From NCBI RefSeq assembly GCF_009914755.1, contig NC_060939.1: a DNA stretch of 64,000 nucleotides; one strand, 5' to 3'. The position numbers and the translations under genes were made by a program. This DNA is from the human T2T-CHM13v2.0 reference genome, Homo sapiens. Each line of letters starts with the position of its first letter. The stretch's first letter is position 1. The notes beneath the pieces were generated by a model. That model was not told the DNA's origin. It was given only the letters and a program-made list of their open reading frames with translations, and ran no database searches. This document shows positions 14,442 to 28,640 of this stretch, piece by piece.

Positions 14442-15094
14442 AAAATTCCTGTTAATGGGAAGCTCATACCATAATATTTTACCCACGCTGAGATAGTTTT
14501 AGTTCCCTAGCAAACACTTTTCTCATAGAGAAAAATGTAAACTTAGGTTACACAGTTTCTTTTCTTTTTAAAGATACCTATTCTCCATTTTAATCTAAGG
14601 AATTCAATACAGAGGAGGGACATTAAAGATGGTAAATTTTGTATCCTAGTATATTCCTGCGATGCTCACTAGTTTAGCTGGATAGTCTTGTTTTATAACA
14701 TTGGTCCTCTATCTCTTGCTGGAGTAATAATGGCTGAGAAGTAACTGTTGTCTCATAAAGAAGGACATACAGGAATACTGTGACCTGGCCTCATTTTGTT
14801 TTTGCTGGCACACAAAGATTATGAGTGTGACAAACAGAAAATTATAAGGGAGAGTGACTCCTTAGCTCCAGATCATAGAATATTCTCCAGCAAGAAAGTA
14901 TTGGACATGACCAACTGTGAGGCACTTTTCTCTATTTTACACACTTATTTAAAAAATAATGCTACCCATTACCTACAAAATCAACCAAGAATCCATGGCA
15001 TGACATTCAAGACCATTAAACAAAATTCCTGTTAATGCGAACCTCATACCCTAATATTTTACCCAAGCTGAGATCGTTTCTATTAGTTCCCTAG
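14442..15094 (+). repeat. Dispersed direct repeat of about 70 bp (14442-14510 and 15022-15094)
   Basis: aaaattcctgttaatg..ctcatacc.taatattttaccca.gctgagat.gttt..agttccctag; 5 substitutions and one 4-nt indel. Confidence 0.9.
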
Positions 15095-15379
15095 GAAGTC
15101 ACGTTCTTCCTCCGATCTTTTCTACCATTAACAACTGATTCCTATGACCAAGCTCCAGCTTTGAGCAGTTTGTTAAGCAAAACAACCCTTTTTAATAAAA
15201 ACAAAACATTATACAGAACATCAAAGTATAACATAAATGCAGAATTGGTCCGGTTAAGAACGATGGAGGATCCAGAATTCAAATGCCTTGTCTTGTTTGT
15301 GCTTTGGCCACACAGGCACTTATTCCAAATTCCAGACTGTTCTGGCTAGTCTCAATGTTTCATTTTTGTCTATTTCTTT

Positions 15380-15980
15380 GACTTTGTCTATGGATTTTTG
15401 TTGTTGTTGCTTGGAATGATCTTCTCTAGCATCTTGTGTGCAAATGCTTCTCCAATCTAAATTCCATGTCTTCCAGGAAGCTCTTTATAATTTGCTCCAC
15501 TTGAAGCCAAGCTAGACCTCCTCTGTGTTTCCAGTGGTAGTATTCAGGGAAGGTTGTTGTACTGCGTTGTGAACCATCTTGAAGTCAGGGACTTCCTGTC
15601 TACCTCTGTACCATCATGTTTTGGACACCATATTAGGTACACAAGGATTTTACTACTTTTTCAAAGAGAGCAACATTTACCCTGATGTAGGTTTTTGGCA
15701 ATTCTCTCTGGATACAGGTGAAGATTTTCCAAATTTATTTTGGTATTTCTACCACATGGTGTTATTTTTATTTCCCCTTGAGGCTCCACTCAAATGCCAC
15801 ATCACAAATAAAATCTTTCTTGAATCTTCCCAGATGAAAGTAATGTCAACTTCCTCTGAATGCTTTAAAACACACTTTCTGTCCCTCTCTGCATTTTCTA
15901 GCTTCTGTTATACAGCCATATACATGTCTTATATTCCACCCAATATTGCAAGTTACTTAAGAAAAGGTCTATGTTAAGGA
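15380..15980 (+). mobile_element. L2 fragments
   Basis: gcttggaatgatctt..tcttccaggaagctct; ctcaaatgccacatc.. Confidence 0.55.
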
Positions 15981-15999
15981 ACTGTAAGAGTATCTAATC

Positions 16000-16200
16000 T
16001 ACAGTGAAGTCAAACATGGTTTCCAACCCAGGCTTCAAATCTGGGTGGCACTGATCAAAAGACTTGACCTCTCTTTGAATCTCAGTCTCCTCACTGTGAA
16101 ATGAGGCTAACAATGTCTCCTTCAGAGATTTTTTTGGAGAAGATTAAATTCAACAAGATTAAAATATCTTACCTTGAGCATTCAAAATATAAATTCCATC
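16000..16200 (+). mobile_element. MIR
   Basis: gacttgacctctctttgaatctcagtctcctcactgtgaaatgagg. Confidence 0.75.
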
Positions 16201-16700
16201 TCCTAGATTAATTTTGAGACTTTCCTGGAAACTAGTATCATCCCTTGTATGAAGTATATGCTCAATTAATGTTTATTTGCATGTTGAACTGAATTAGGCC
16301 AGAGGAATTACTATTCTAGTATATATTAATGAAAGTTATGTGGAAAAAAATGGTTCTGTTGATAAGTTTGGGAAGTGTTGAATTTTATCTGAATAATTTT
16401 TTTAAGGATTTAAACATTTGTTTGGTTTTCTAAAGTGAATTATTTGACTCTTTCTTCACAGAGAATCTCACAGGGTGAGTGCCCTTTGCAACAGAGGTTG
16501 GGTAATACACAAACAAGGTACTGGCCTTAAAGGAAGTGGAAGGATAGCTTGTGTCTTTTCTATGATAGGAAGGCTGGCAGGCTGTACAGACTCCAAAGGT
16601 TGGTATTACCAAGGTAGATTCACCATGGCCCACAGTCTAATCTTATAGGCTCTTAAAGTTGGCTTGTCTTCCAAATGTGGGTTGGAAGCCCATAGAGTCC

Positions 16701-17620
16701 TCTTGTATAATAGCACTCATCCCAACCATGTTAAAGAAGTTACTGTACCTAGATGGCTTAGAAGAGTGCCTGGCACTGAAGATTTACATACCCCTTTAAC
16801 ATGCACATTTTGTTCTCTCATTCACTAGATAGTGCATTTTCTTTACTTTTTTTGTGCATTAGGAAATGGAAATTCAATTCAATTCAACATGCAAATAAAT
16901 ATTAATTGAGCATATACTTCATACAAGGAACTATACTAGGTTCTAGGGAAGTCTCAAAACTAATCTGGGGAATGGGAAATTGAGTTTCAATTTCCCAGTG
17001 TGGGTTCCTTCTGTGGATTGACTCACATTAACCAAGTTTAGAGACTGGTAAATAAACATCAATGTGAATTTGTTAATTTGCCATGAGCACTCTTATTTCC
17101 AGTAGAATACACAGATGAACTGGCCTGATTACATAATTTCCCCACCCATCCCCACAATGGGCTGATGCACAGAAAAGTCAAATCATAAGTAGAAGGCTTT
17201 GTGATAAGTCCAAATTAGAAAAAATAGGAAATTACTTGATTGATTTTGGGAAGTGTCCCTCAGCTAAGCCCTCCATCCTTTCTTCCTTTCTTCTCTTTTC
17301 TTCTTCTATCCATCCAACAAATACTTCTGGAAAACCAGCTACATGAGGCAGTACAGCAGAGAGATCTGGGAAAGACTACCTATTTTTCAAATGGCAAATG
17401 ATCTGTTTGCTCCCACGTGACCTCAAGGAAGTTATATAACGTCTTAGTGTTGCAGAACCCTCTTGTGTAATAGCACTCGTCTCAACCAGGTTAAAGAAGT
17501 TACTGTATGCAGATGACTTAGAAGAGTGCCTGGCACTGATGATTTACATATCTCTTTAATGAACACATTTCATTTTCTGATTCACTAGGTTGTGCATTTT
17601 TCTTACTTTTTTAATGCATT
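16701..17620 (+). repeat. Dispersed 160-bp direct repeat (16701-16860 and 17461-17620)
   Basis: Ungapped, 135/160 identical by manual count, offset 760 bp. Confidence 0.92.
17345..17540 (+). mobile_element. MIR
   Basis: gaggcagtacagca..gtgacctcaaggaagttatataac..cttagaagagtgcctggcac. Confidence 0.65.
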
Positions 17621-20117
17621 GCAAAGTTGAGTTTCAAAATGATTAATTACTTTGCCCTAGGTCGTACGCAGTTGGTAAGTGGCTGAGCTTGAACAGGACC
17701 AAAAAAGTAAATACACTGTTTATTTTAGAAAATCATGGATTTTGGCACTGTAGGGGAAAAAAAATAAAACATAATAGTTATGCAGACTCTCATTTCTCTT
17801 TAAAAAATTCTAAGCCTTAAGAGATACAGGGTGGACCCTAATTTCTTTCTATATCATCAACTTTTGATTGATTTTGTCATTTTCCATATTTATGTCCTGT
17901 AGTTTGGAACTTCCTCAAATGATACCATAACAAATGAGATCAATTTTCTTCTGAAGTGTGTTTTTAAAAGACATTACAGTCATCCCAGACTCACGTTCTT
18001 AGCTATGAAACAGTGTATTTGGCAGTTTCCATTGCTTCTGGTTGTGATCAGATTGAATTTCAGACAGTCATCTTTAAGCTATGCCCTAACTAAGATGAAT
18101 AGATATTGTCAGATGGCCTGTTTAATCACTTCGCCATCTGGCATAATTATGTTTATGAGTAGGACCTGCTTTTGCTTGGTTTGGGCAATAGCTAAAACCA
18201 ACAGAACAAGGCAATCACATCTCCTAAGTTAAGACCAGGGCCCACTCTTCATCTTTAATCTTAGCTGGGCAATCACATTTTCAAACCTGCAGAATAAGCT
18301 TAGTGTGTACTTGTACTGCAGGACCCCATTAGGCTCATGGCGTCCGTCTGTCCATCTATTCATGCTTACTTTCATTAATTCCATTCCAGTAACCACTCCC
18401 TGAACCCTTCATGTGTGCTGGGCTCTCTGTGTCCCAGGTCAGACTATCATGAAAAAGACAGCATTCCTCATCTCAAGAAGCTCTTGGTGTAATGGAAAAA
18501 GTCTCAAAAGCATATGGATCTTAAACATGAAGCTTAATGCTATTTATTTATTATTTTAAAATTTTTATTTTTAATTTTTGTGGGTACATAGTAAGTGTAT
18601 ATGTTTAGGGGGTACATGAGGTATTTTGATACAGGCATACAATGTGTAATAATCACATAAGGGTAAATGGGGTATCCATTGCCTCAAGCATTTATCCTTT
18701 CTTTGTGTTACAAACAATCCAATTATACAATTTTAGTTATTTCAAAATATACAATAAATTATTGTTGACTGTAGTCACCTGTTGTGTTACAAAATACTGT
18801 ATCTTCTTCATTATAGCTAATTATATTTATGTACACATTAAATATCTCCACTTCCCCCAACCCCACAACCCTTTCTAGCCTCTAGTTACCATCATTCTAC
18901 CCTCTATCTCCATGAGTTCAATTGTTTTAATTTCTAGCTTCCACAAATAATTAAGAAAAGGCAAAGTCTTTCTGTCCCTGCCTTATTTCACTTAACACAG
19001 TGACCTCCAGTTCCATCTATGTTATTGCAAATGACAGGCTTTCATTCTTTTTTATGGCTGAATACTACTCTGTTTTGTATACGTACCACACTTTCTTTAT
19101 TCATTCATCTGTTGATGGACACTTAAGTTAATTCCAAATCTTGGTTATTGTGAATAGTTGCTGTAATAAACATGGGACTGCAGATATATCTTCAATATAC
19201 TGATTTCCTTTCTTTTGGGTATATACCTAGCAGTGGATTGCTGGATCACAACGGTAGATCTATTTTTAGTTTTTTGAGGAGCCTCCAAACTGTTCTCTGT
19301 AGTGGTTGTACTAGTTTACATTCCCACCAACAGTTTATCCAGGTTCCCTTTTCTTCCCATTTTCACCAGCATTTGTTATTGCTTGTCTTTTGGATAAAAA
19401 CCATTTTAACTGGGGTGAGATGATATCTCATTGTAGTTTTGACTTGCATTTCTATGATAGTCAGTGTTACTGAGCACCTTTTGATATGACTGCTTGTATG
19501 TCTTTTCTTGAGATATGGCTATTGAGGTTTTTTGCCCATTTTAAAATTGGATTATTAGATTTTTTTCCTATTGAGTTGTTTGAGCTCCTTATATATACTG
19601 GTTATTAATTCTTTGTCAGATGGAGAGTTTGTGAATATTTTCTCCCATCTGTGAGTTGTCTCTTCACTTTGTCGACTGTATCCTTTGCTGTGCCAAGCTT
19701 TTTAAATTTGATATGATCTCATTTGTTCACTTCTGCTTTGGTTGCCTGTGCTTGTGAGGTATTACTCAAGAAATCTTTGCCTAGTCCAATGTCCTGGAGA
19801 GTTTTCCCAATGTTCTCTTGTAGTAGACTCATAGATTGAGGTCTTATATTTAAGTCTTTAATCCATTTTGATTTGATTTTTGTATGTGGCAAGAGATAGG
19901 GGTCTAGCTTCATTCTTCTGCATATGGAGATTCAGTTTCTCCAGCATCATTTATTGAAGAGACTGTCTTTTCCCAATATGTGTTCTTGGTACCTTTGTCA
20001 AAAATGAGTTCACTGTAAATGTATGGATATTTTTCTGGGTTCTCTATTCTATTCCATTGGTCTATGTGTCTGTTTTTATGCCAATACCATGCTATTTTGG
20101 TTGCTATAGCTCTGTAG

Positions 20118-20588
<471 letters not shown>

Positions 20589-23500
20589 TAAGATTTTTTT
20601 TCTATTCATGTTAAGAATGTATTTTGATAGGGACTGCATTGAATCTGTAGATTGCTTTGGGTAGTATAGACATTTTAACAATATTGATTCTTCTAATCCA
20701 TGAATATAAAAAAATTTTTCCATTTAATTTCTTTCATAAATATTTTGCAATTTTCCTGGTAGAGATCTTTTACTTTATTTAATTTTATTCATAGCTACTT
20801 GAGATTACTTTGATTTCTTTTTCAGATTATTTACTGCTGGCATATAAAAATGCTATTTTTTTGTATGTTAATTTTGTGTCCTACAACTTTACTGAATTTG
20901 TCAGTTCTAATAGTTATTTGATAGAGTCTTTAGGTTTTCCCAAATATAAGATTGTATTTTCTGCAAACAAGGATAATTTGACTTCTTCCTTTCCGATTTG
21001 GATGCCTTTTATTTCTTTTTCTTGTGTAATTTCTCTATCCAGGACTTCCAGTACTATGTTGAATAACAACGGTGACAGTGAGCATCCTTGTCTTGTTCCA
21101 CATCTTCAAGAAAAGGCATTCAGTTTTTCCCCATTCAGTATGATACTGGCTGTGGGTCTGTTATATTGACTTTTATTGTGTTGAGGTATGTTCCTTCTGT
21201 ATGCAGTTTTTGTGAGTTTTTATCATGAAGTGATGTTGAATTTTATCAAATGCTTTTTCAGCATCAATTGAAATGATCATAAGGTTTTTATCCTTCATTC
21301 TATTGATACGCTATATCACATTGATTGATTTGCATATGTTGAAATATTCTTGCATCCCGGGGATAAATCCTTCTTGGTCATGATGAATGATCTTTCTAAT
21401 GTGTTTTTGAATTTGATTCGCTAGTATTTCATTCAGGATTTTTGCATCAATGTTCACTGGGATATTGGCCTGTTGTTTTCTTTTTTTGATGTGTCTTTGT
21501 CTGGTTTTGCTATCAGGGTCATACTGGCCTCATAAAATGAATTTAGAAGTATTCTCTCCTCCTCTATTTTTCAGAACAGTTTGAGTAGGATTGGTATTAG
21601 TTCTTTTTTAAATGTTTGGTAAAATTCAGCAATGAAGCCTTCAGGTCCTGGGCTTTGCTGAGATCTCTTTGCTGAGATAATTTTTATTATGGCTTTGATT
21701 TCATTACTTGTTACTGGTCTGTTCAGGTTTTGGATTTCTTCATGGTTCAATCTTGGTAGGTCATAAGTATCCAGGAATTTATTCATTTCTTCTAGGTTCT
21801 CTAATTTATTGGCATGTAATTGCTCATACTAGCCTCTAAAGATCCTTTGAATTTTTGTCATATTGATTGTAATGTCTCCTTTTTCATCTCTCATTGTATT
21901 TATTTGGGTCTTCTCTCTATTTTCTTAGTATGGTTAAAGGTTTATCAAATTTGTTTCTCCTTTCAAAAAATCAACTTTTTTTCATTAATCTTTTGTATTG
22001 TTTTCATTTCAATTTCATTTATTTCTGCTTTGTATTTATAATCTCTCTTCTTGTACTAATTTTGGGCTCGATTTGCTCTTGCTTTTCTAGTTCTTTAAGA
22101 TGCATAGTTAGGTTTTTTGTTTGAAAATTTTCTAATTTTTTGATGTAGGTGCTTATAGCTATAAACTTTCCTCTTAGTAAAGTATACAGCTTGTGCTGTA
22201 CTCCATAGAATTTGGTATGTTTTGTTTCTATTATGACTTGTTTCAAGAAAATTTTTAAATGTCCTTAATTTCCATGTTCTCAGTGTTCATTTAGGAGCGT
22301 ATGAATTTCCATGTGTTTGTATTATTTCCAAAATTCCTGTTGTTACAGATTTCTAGTTTTATTCCACTGTGGTTAGAGAAGACATTTGATATAATTTCAT
22401 TTTTTTATTTTTAAAAAACATATTTTGTGGCCTAACATATCTTCTCTCCTTGAGAATAATCTATATGCTGAGGAGAAGAGTTTATATTCTGTAGCCATTG
22501 GATAAAATGTTTGCTAAATATCTGTTAGGTCCATTTGATCTATAGCGTAGATTAAGTTTGATGTTTCTTTGTTGATTTTCTGTCTGGATGATCTAATCAG
22601 TGCTGAAAATGAGTTGTTGAACTCTCCAGCTGTTATTGTTTTGGGGTATATATCTCTCTTTAGCTCTAGTAATATTTGCTTTATATATATGGTGCTCCAG
22701 TGTTGGGTGCATATATATTTACAATTATTATATCCTCTTGCTGAATTGACCACATTATTATATAATGACCTTCTTTGTCTCTTCTTACAGTTTTTGTCTT
22801 GAAATCTATTTTGTCTAATGTAAGTATAGATGCTTGTGCTCCTTTTTGGTTTCCATTTGCATGGAATGTCTTTTTCTATCCTCTATTTTCAGGCTATGTG
22901 TGTCCTTATAGGTGAAGTGTGTTTCTTGGTTTCTTGTAGAAAACAGACTGCTGGGTCTTGTGTGTTTTTTTTTTTTTCTTTTTTTTTTTTTTAAATCCAT
23001 TCAGCCACTCTATGTCTTTTAATTAAAGAGTTTAGTTCATTTATTTATATGTTTATTTCTTTTTCCTTTTTTCCCCTCAAGTTCCAGCAGAATGAAAATT
23101 TAGTCCATTTACATTCAGTTAGTATTGATAAGTAAGGACTTACTCCTGCCATTTTGTTGTTTCTTTTCTACTTGTTTTGTGGTCTTCTCTTCGTCCTTCT
23201 TTCTTTCCTTCCTTCCTATCTCCCTTTTAGTGATGGTGATTTTCTCAGGTGAAATGTTTTAATTTCTTGCTTTTTTATTTTTGTGTATCTTTTGTATATT
23301 TTTTAATTCAAAGTTACTATGAGGCTTGCAAGTAACATAGCTCATCATTTTAAACTGATGACATTGATTGCATTAAAAAAGAAACTAAGAATAAGGAAAC
23401 TAATAAAAAATATACACTAACTTTGTCCTTTGTCGCCTACTCTGCTTTTTAACTTTTTGTTGTTTCTATTTATATTTTATTTGACTGTCTCTGTCTTGAA

Positions 23501-24834
23501 AAGTTGTAGTTACTATTTTTGATTGGTTCATCTTTTAGTCTTTCCATGTAATATTTGAGTAGTTTACACATCACAATTACAGTGTTCTGTGTTTTTCTGT
23601 GGACTTACTATTACCAGTGAGTTTCATACCTTTGGATGATTTTTTATTGCTCATTAACATCCTTTTCTTTCAGATTGAGTGATTTCCTTTAGCATTTCTT
23701 GTAGCATAGGTCTGGTGTTGATGAAATCCCACGGCTTTTGTTTGTCTGGGAAAGTCTATTTCTCCTTCAAGCTTGAAGGATATTTTGGTTGGATGTACTA
23801 TTCTAGGATAAAAGGTTTTTTCTTTCAGAACTTTAAATATGTCATGCCACTCTCTCTTGGTCTGTAAGGTTTCCACTGAGAAGTCTGCTGCCAGACATAT
23901 TGGAGCTCCTTTGTATGTTATTTGTTTCTTTTCTATCTGTTTTAGGGTCGTTTCTTTATCCTTGACCTTTGGGAGTTTGATTATTAAATGTCTTGAGGTA
24001 TTCCTACTTGGATTAAATCTGCTGAGTGTTCTATTACCTTCTTGTAATTACACATTTACCCCCATCTCTCTCTCTTTCTCCTCTTTGAGGCCAATAACTG
24101 TTATATTTGCCCTTTTGAGGTTATTTTCCAGTTCTTGTAGGAGTGCTTCATTCTTTTTAATTCTTTTTTTGTCTCCTCTGACTGTGTTTTTTTTTTTAAA
24201 TAGCCTGTCTTCAACTCACTAATTCTTTTTTCTGCTTGATCTAGTCTGCTGTTAAGAGACTCACGCGTTCTTCAGTATGTCAATTGTATTTTTTTAATTC
24301 CAGAGTTTCTGCTTGATTCTTTAAAATTACTTCTATCTCTTTGTTCAATTTATCTGATAGGATTCTGAATTCATTCTCTGTGTTATCTTGGATTTTGCTG
24401 AGTTTCCTCAAAAGAGCTATTTTGAATTCTTTGTCTGAAAGATGACATATCTCTGTCTCTCCAGGATTGGTCACTGGTGCTTTACTTAGCTTGTTAGGTG
24501 AGGTCATGTTTTCTGGATTGTCTTAATGCTTCTAAGTGTTCATCAATGTCTGGGCATCAAAGAGTTAGGTATTTATTGTAGTCTTTGCAGTTTTGGTTTG
24601 GACCTATCCTTCTTGGGAAGGTTTTCCAGATATTCAAATGTAATTGGGTGTTGCAATCTAAGTCTTTGGTTGCTGCAGCCATATCTGCTTCAGTTGGGCA
24701 CACCAAGCCATGCAGTAACACTGTGACTCTTGCAGACTCATGAGGTACTGCCTTGGGTAGGAACTGGGTGAATTCGTTGGATTACCAGGCAGAGACTCTT
24801 GTTCCCTTCCCTTCCCTTTCCCCAAATAAATGGA

Positions 24835-24871
24835 GTCTGTCTGTCTGTCTGTCTGTCTGTCTCTGTCTCTG

Positions 24872-24926
<55 letters not shown>

Positions 24927-24933
24927 ATCTCTC
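24835..24933. repeat. (CTGT)n(CT)n microsatellite
   Basis: Seen directly. Confidence 0.95.
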
Positions 24934-26171
24934 CTGAACGGTTTTGAGCTGGGAGATAGGTAACAAAAGCACCCATGTGGCCAACACATGGGACCATGTC
25001 TGGTCAGATCTGAAGCCAGCACAGCACTGGGTCTCACCCAGGGCCTGTGATAACCACTGCCTGACAACTCCCTATGTTTGCTCAAGGCCCTAGGGCTCTA
25101 CAATTAGCAGATGGTGAAGCCAGCCAGGCTGTGTCTTTCCCTTCAGGGTGGCAAGTTTTTCCTGGTCCTGGGTGTGTTTAGAGATGCCATATGGGAGCCA
25201 GGGCCTGGAGCTGGGAACCTTAGGAACCTACCTTGTGCTGTATTCTACTGTGGCTGAGCTGCCACCCAAACCATAAGACAAAGTCCTTCTCACTCTTCCT
25301 TCTTACTAGAAGCAGGGAGTCTCTCCCCATGGTCATGACTGCCTAAGGCCCATGGTGAGTACTGCCTTGGCCACTGATGTTCACTCAGGGACCCAGGGCT
25401 TTTCAGTCAGCTTGTGGTGAATGCTGCCAGGCCTGTGAGTCTCCTTTCAGGGCATCAGGCTCCCCTCTGGCCCAGGGCATGTCCAAAAATGTCATTCAAG
25501 GGTAAAGACCTGGAATCAGGACCCCAAAGGCTCACTTGGTGCTCTACTCCACTGCATTTGAACTGGTACCTACACTGCAAGACAAAGCCCCCTTTACTCC
25601 TCTCTCTCCTTTCGTCAAGCAGAAGGGGTCACAGCTTGGAATGTCTTGGGTCACACCTGAAATTAGCATATCTTTGAGTCTCACCCAAGGCCTACAGCAA
25701 ATACTGCCTAAATACCACTGCTGATCAGGGCCCAAGGGCTCTTTAGTTAGCAGGTGATGAATCCTGCCAGGACTGGGTCCTTCCCTTCAAATGTGTTCCA
25801 TTCTGTTCCAGGGTGTGTCTAGAAGTGCTGTCTGGAAGTTAGGGGCTGGAATGGCGGCCTCAGGACTTTGCCCGGTGCCCTATTCTACTGTGGCTGAGCT
25901 GGTATCCAAGTTGTAAGACACGGTCCTTTTTACCCTTCTCTCTTCTTCACAAGTGGAAGGAAGGAGTCTCTCTCAGAGCTGTGAGCTGCACTGCCTGCAG
26001 TTGAGTAAGTGGTGGTGCAAGCACTCCCTTGGCCACCCTGGCTGGTGTCTTACTGGGTCACATGCACGCCAAGTCCACTGGCTCCAAGCCCTACACAGCA
26101 TCAGGATGGAAACTGCAGACCCTGTGGCCTAGGCTGCCTTTCAAGTTTATTTAGGACCCCAGATCGCTTTA

Positions 26172-26821
<650 letters not shown>

Positions 26822-28461
26822 TTACAACCAAGTACTATGATAGCTCACCTGATTTTAGGTTCTTATGAAGGTGTCTTTTTGTTTGTTTTCATTTTGATTT
26901 TTGTTCAATTTGGTGTTCCTGTGGGAATGACAATCAGTAGAGGCTTCTATTCATCCATCTTGCTCCCTGTCTCCCCTAATGCCATTTAGAGGAGAGTGTG
27001 AAAAATTCCTGAACTGAAAATAGTTGTCTATTCAGTTTTGTATTTTGTCTCTGAGAATGGTGATTGTGCCAAAGGAAGGTATAGAAGCTCTCCTTTGTTA
27101 CGCTATCTCCTCAAAAGAACATGGCTTTGATAAATTGTTTGTATCTCTATGATGGATGGTGCTTTATTGTTCTCCTGATTAAACAAAGGGCAGACAACAC
27201 TGGAAGAGAAATTTCACGTTAACATAGGTGGGAGTGAACTGATCTACCACTACTTTCTATCAGGAGAACAATTTGGGAATCAGAAAAAAAAATCTTTGGG
27301 AATGGTGCCACTTATGCACTCAACACTCCGTCAATGTGATGGTTCTCATAAGCAGACATAAGGTGTAAGAAAGGTGCTAAAATGCTCCTTGGTTCAATAA
27401 TGTCCATAATCTTATATTTCATAATAGATTTAGTCAAAGTTGTGTTAATGGAAGACTTATGCAACTAGACCATGTTGTTTTAGGAAGAAAATGAACAGTT
27501 GCTAAGGTGAGGTTGCATGCCCTTAAGAAATTCGGTTGTACACTGGCTACAACTCTTACTGAAAGCAGGTAATGAGATGCAACAGGGAGTACCCCTCCCT
27601 TTTTCTCCCATTCTCAGGTCCCAAGCCTTTCTTGCTCCCTTCTGAACTTGCAAAGCCTGAACAGAGGGAAGCCTCCATTAGCATATGGAGAAAACCCGAG
27701 GAGTCAGAGGAGGCTAGGATTTTTTTATGAGGTAGAGATTGTGGCAGTTTCACACAGGAAGGGGGTGGTAACACCCCAGGAGGGAGGTTTGAGGTGTGGC
27801 TGCAGGAGGAAGACAATAAGAGGGACTAGCAAGAGGATCACTGAGAAGAGAGAAGATGAAGAGCTAGAGAACATTTACATGCACAACCAAAGCAAGCCCC
27901 AACTGTAAGCAATTTACCATTTCCTCTGAAAGGCATGAACAATTCAGACTAAGTCACAACCTCCTGTCTGTATTGCTTTGGTGCTTGTCTGCATCATCAG
28001 TAAAAGAACTGCTTACATTTCTCTTCCATATCTGTTTTTTTTTTTCTAGCAAAGAGAGTTGTGGAATTATTCACGAATGAAGCAGTTCCAGATAGGAACA
28101 TCAGGCCACCTGATGCTGTTCTGGGGAGGCATGGCAGGTGGTAGAGGGAGCACTCACCTTCCCCTTGGAGTCAACCATGTGGAGAAGACCACAGATCATT
28201 AGATGTCTTCCCTGGCACCGGGGACTGCAGGCCAGATTTCTTTGATTCCCTTGATAACCTCCTCTCTTCCTGAGGACAGAAAGGGGGCCCTTTCATTTTC
28301 TGGTTACATGAAATAGTACTTCAGAATGGGCCAAGCTGGACCATTAAATAGGAAGTGGATCATGGAGGGTGCAAGTGAGGTTCTTGTTGCAGGAAGGCTT
28401 TTAGCAGATGCTGATCAATGAATTGGAAGGGATATTTGAGGTGGAATTCAAACACGGGTAA

Positions 28462-28640
28462 CCAGAAGTTCCCAAACATGACTGCATATAAAAATCAGTT
28501 ATTTAGCTGTCAGAAACACAAATATTTGGGCCCCATTCCAAGACTGGCCAAGTCAAAATAACTGAAGGTAGAGACAAAAAAAATTCTATAAATTTTTTCT
28601 ACAGTGATTAAAAATCACAGCCATGTTTTAGAACCAGTAG
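28462..28640. mobile_element. MER5-family fragment
   Basis: cagaagttcccaaac..aaacacaaatatttgggccccattcc..ttttagaaccagt. Confidence 0.6.

Noticed and set aside
13987-17620. Spaced direct repeats as a CRISPR-like array or LTR pair
   Set aside because: Unrelated two-copy repeats, no regular spacers, no TG..CA termini, PBS or PPT; eukaryotic context
24738-25085. RE-repeat ORFs (also 54126-54449)
   Set aside because: Translations of (CT)/(AG) microsatellites
27540-28020. Possible ancient Gypsy-like LTR; also a possible hAT fragment near 37300-37470
   Set aside because: Too degenerate to assign without a profile search
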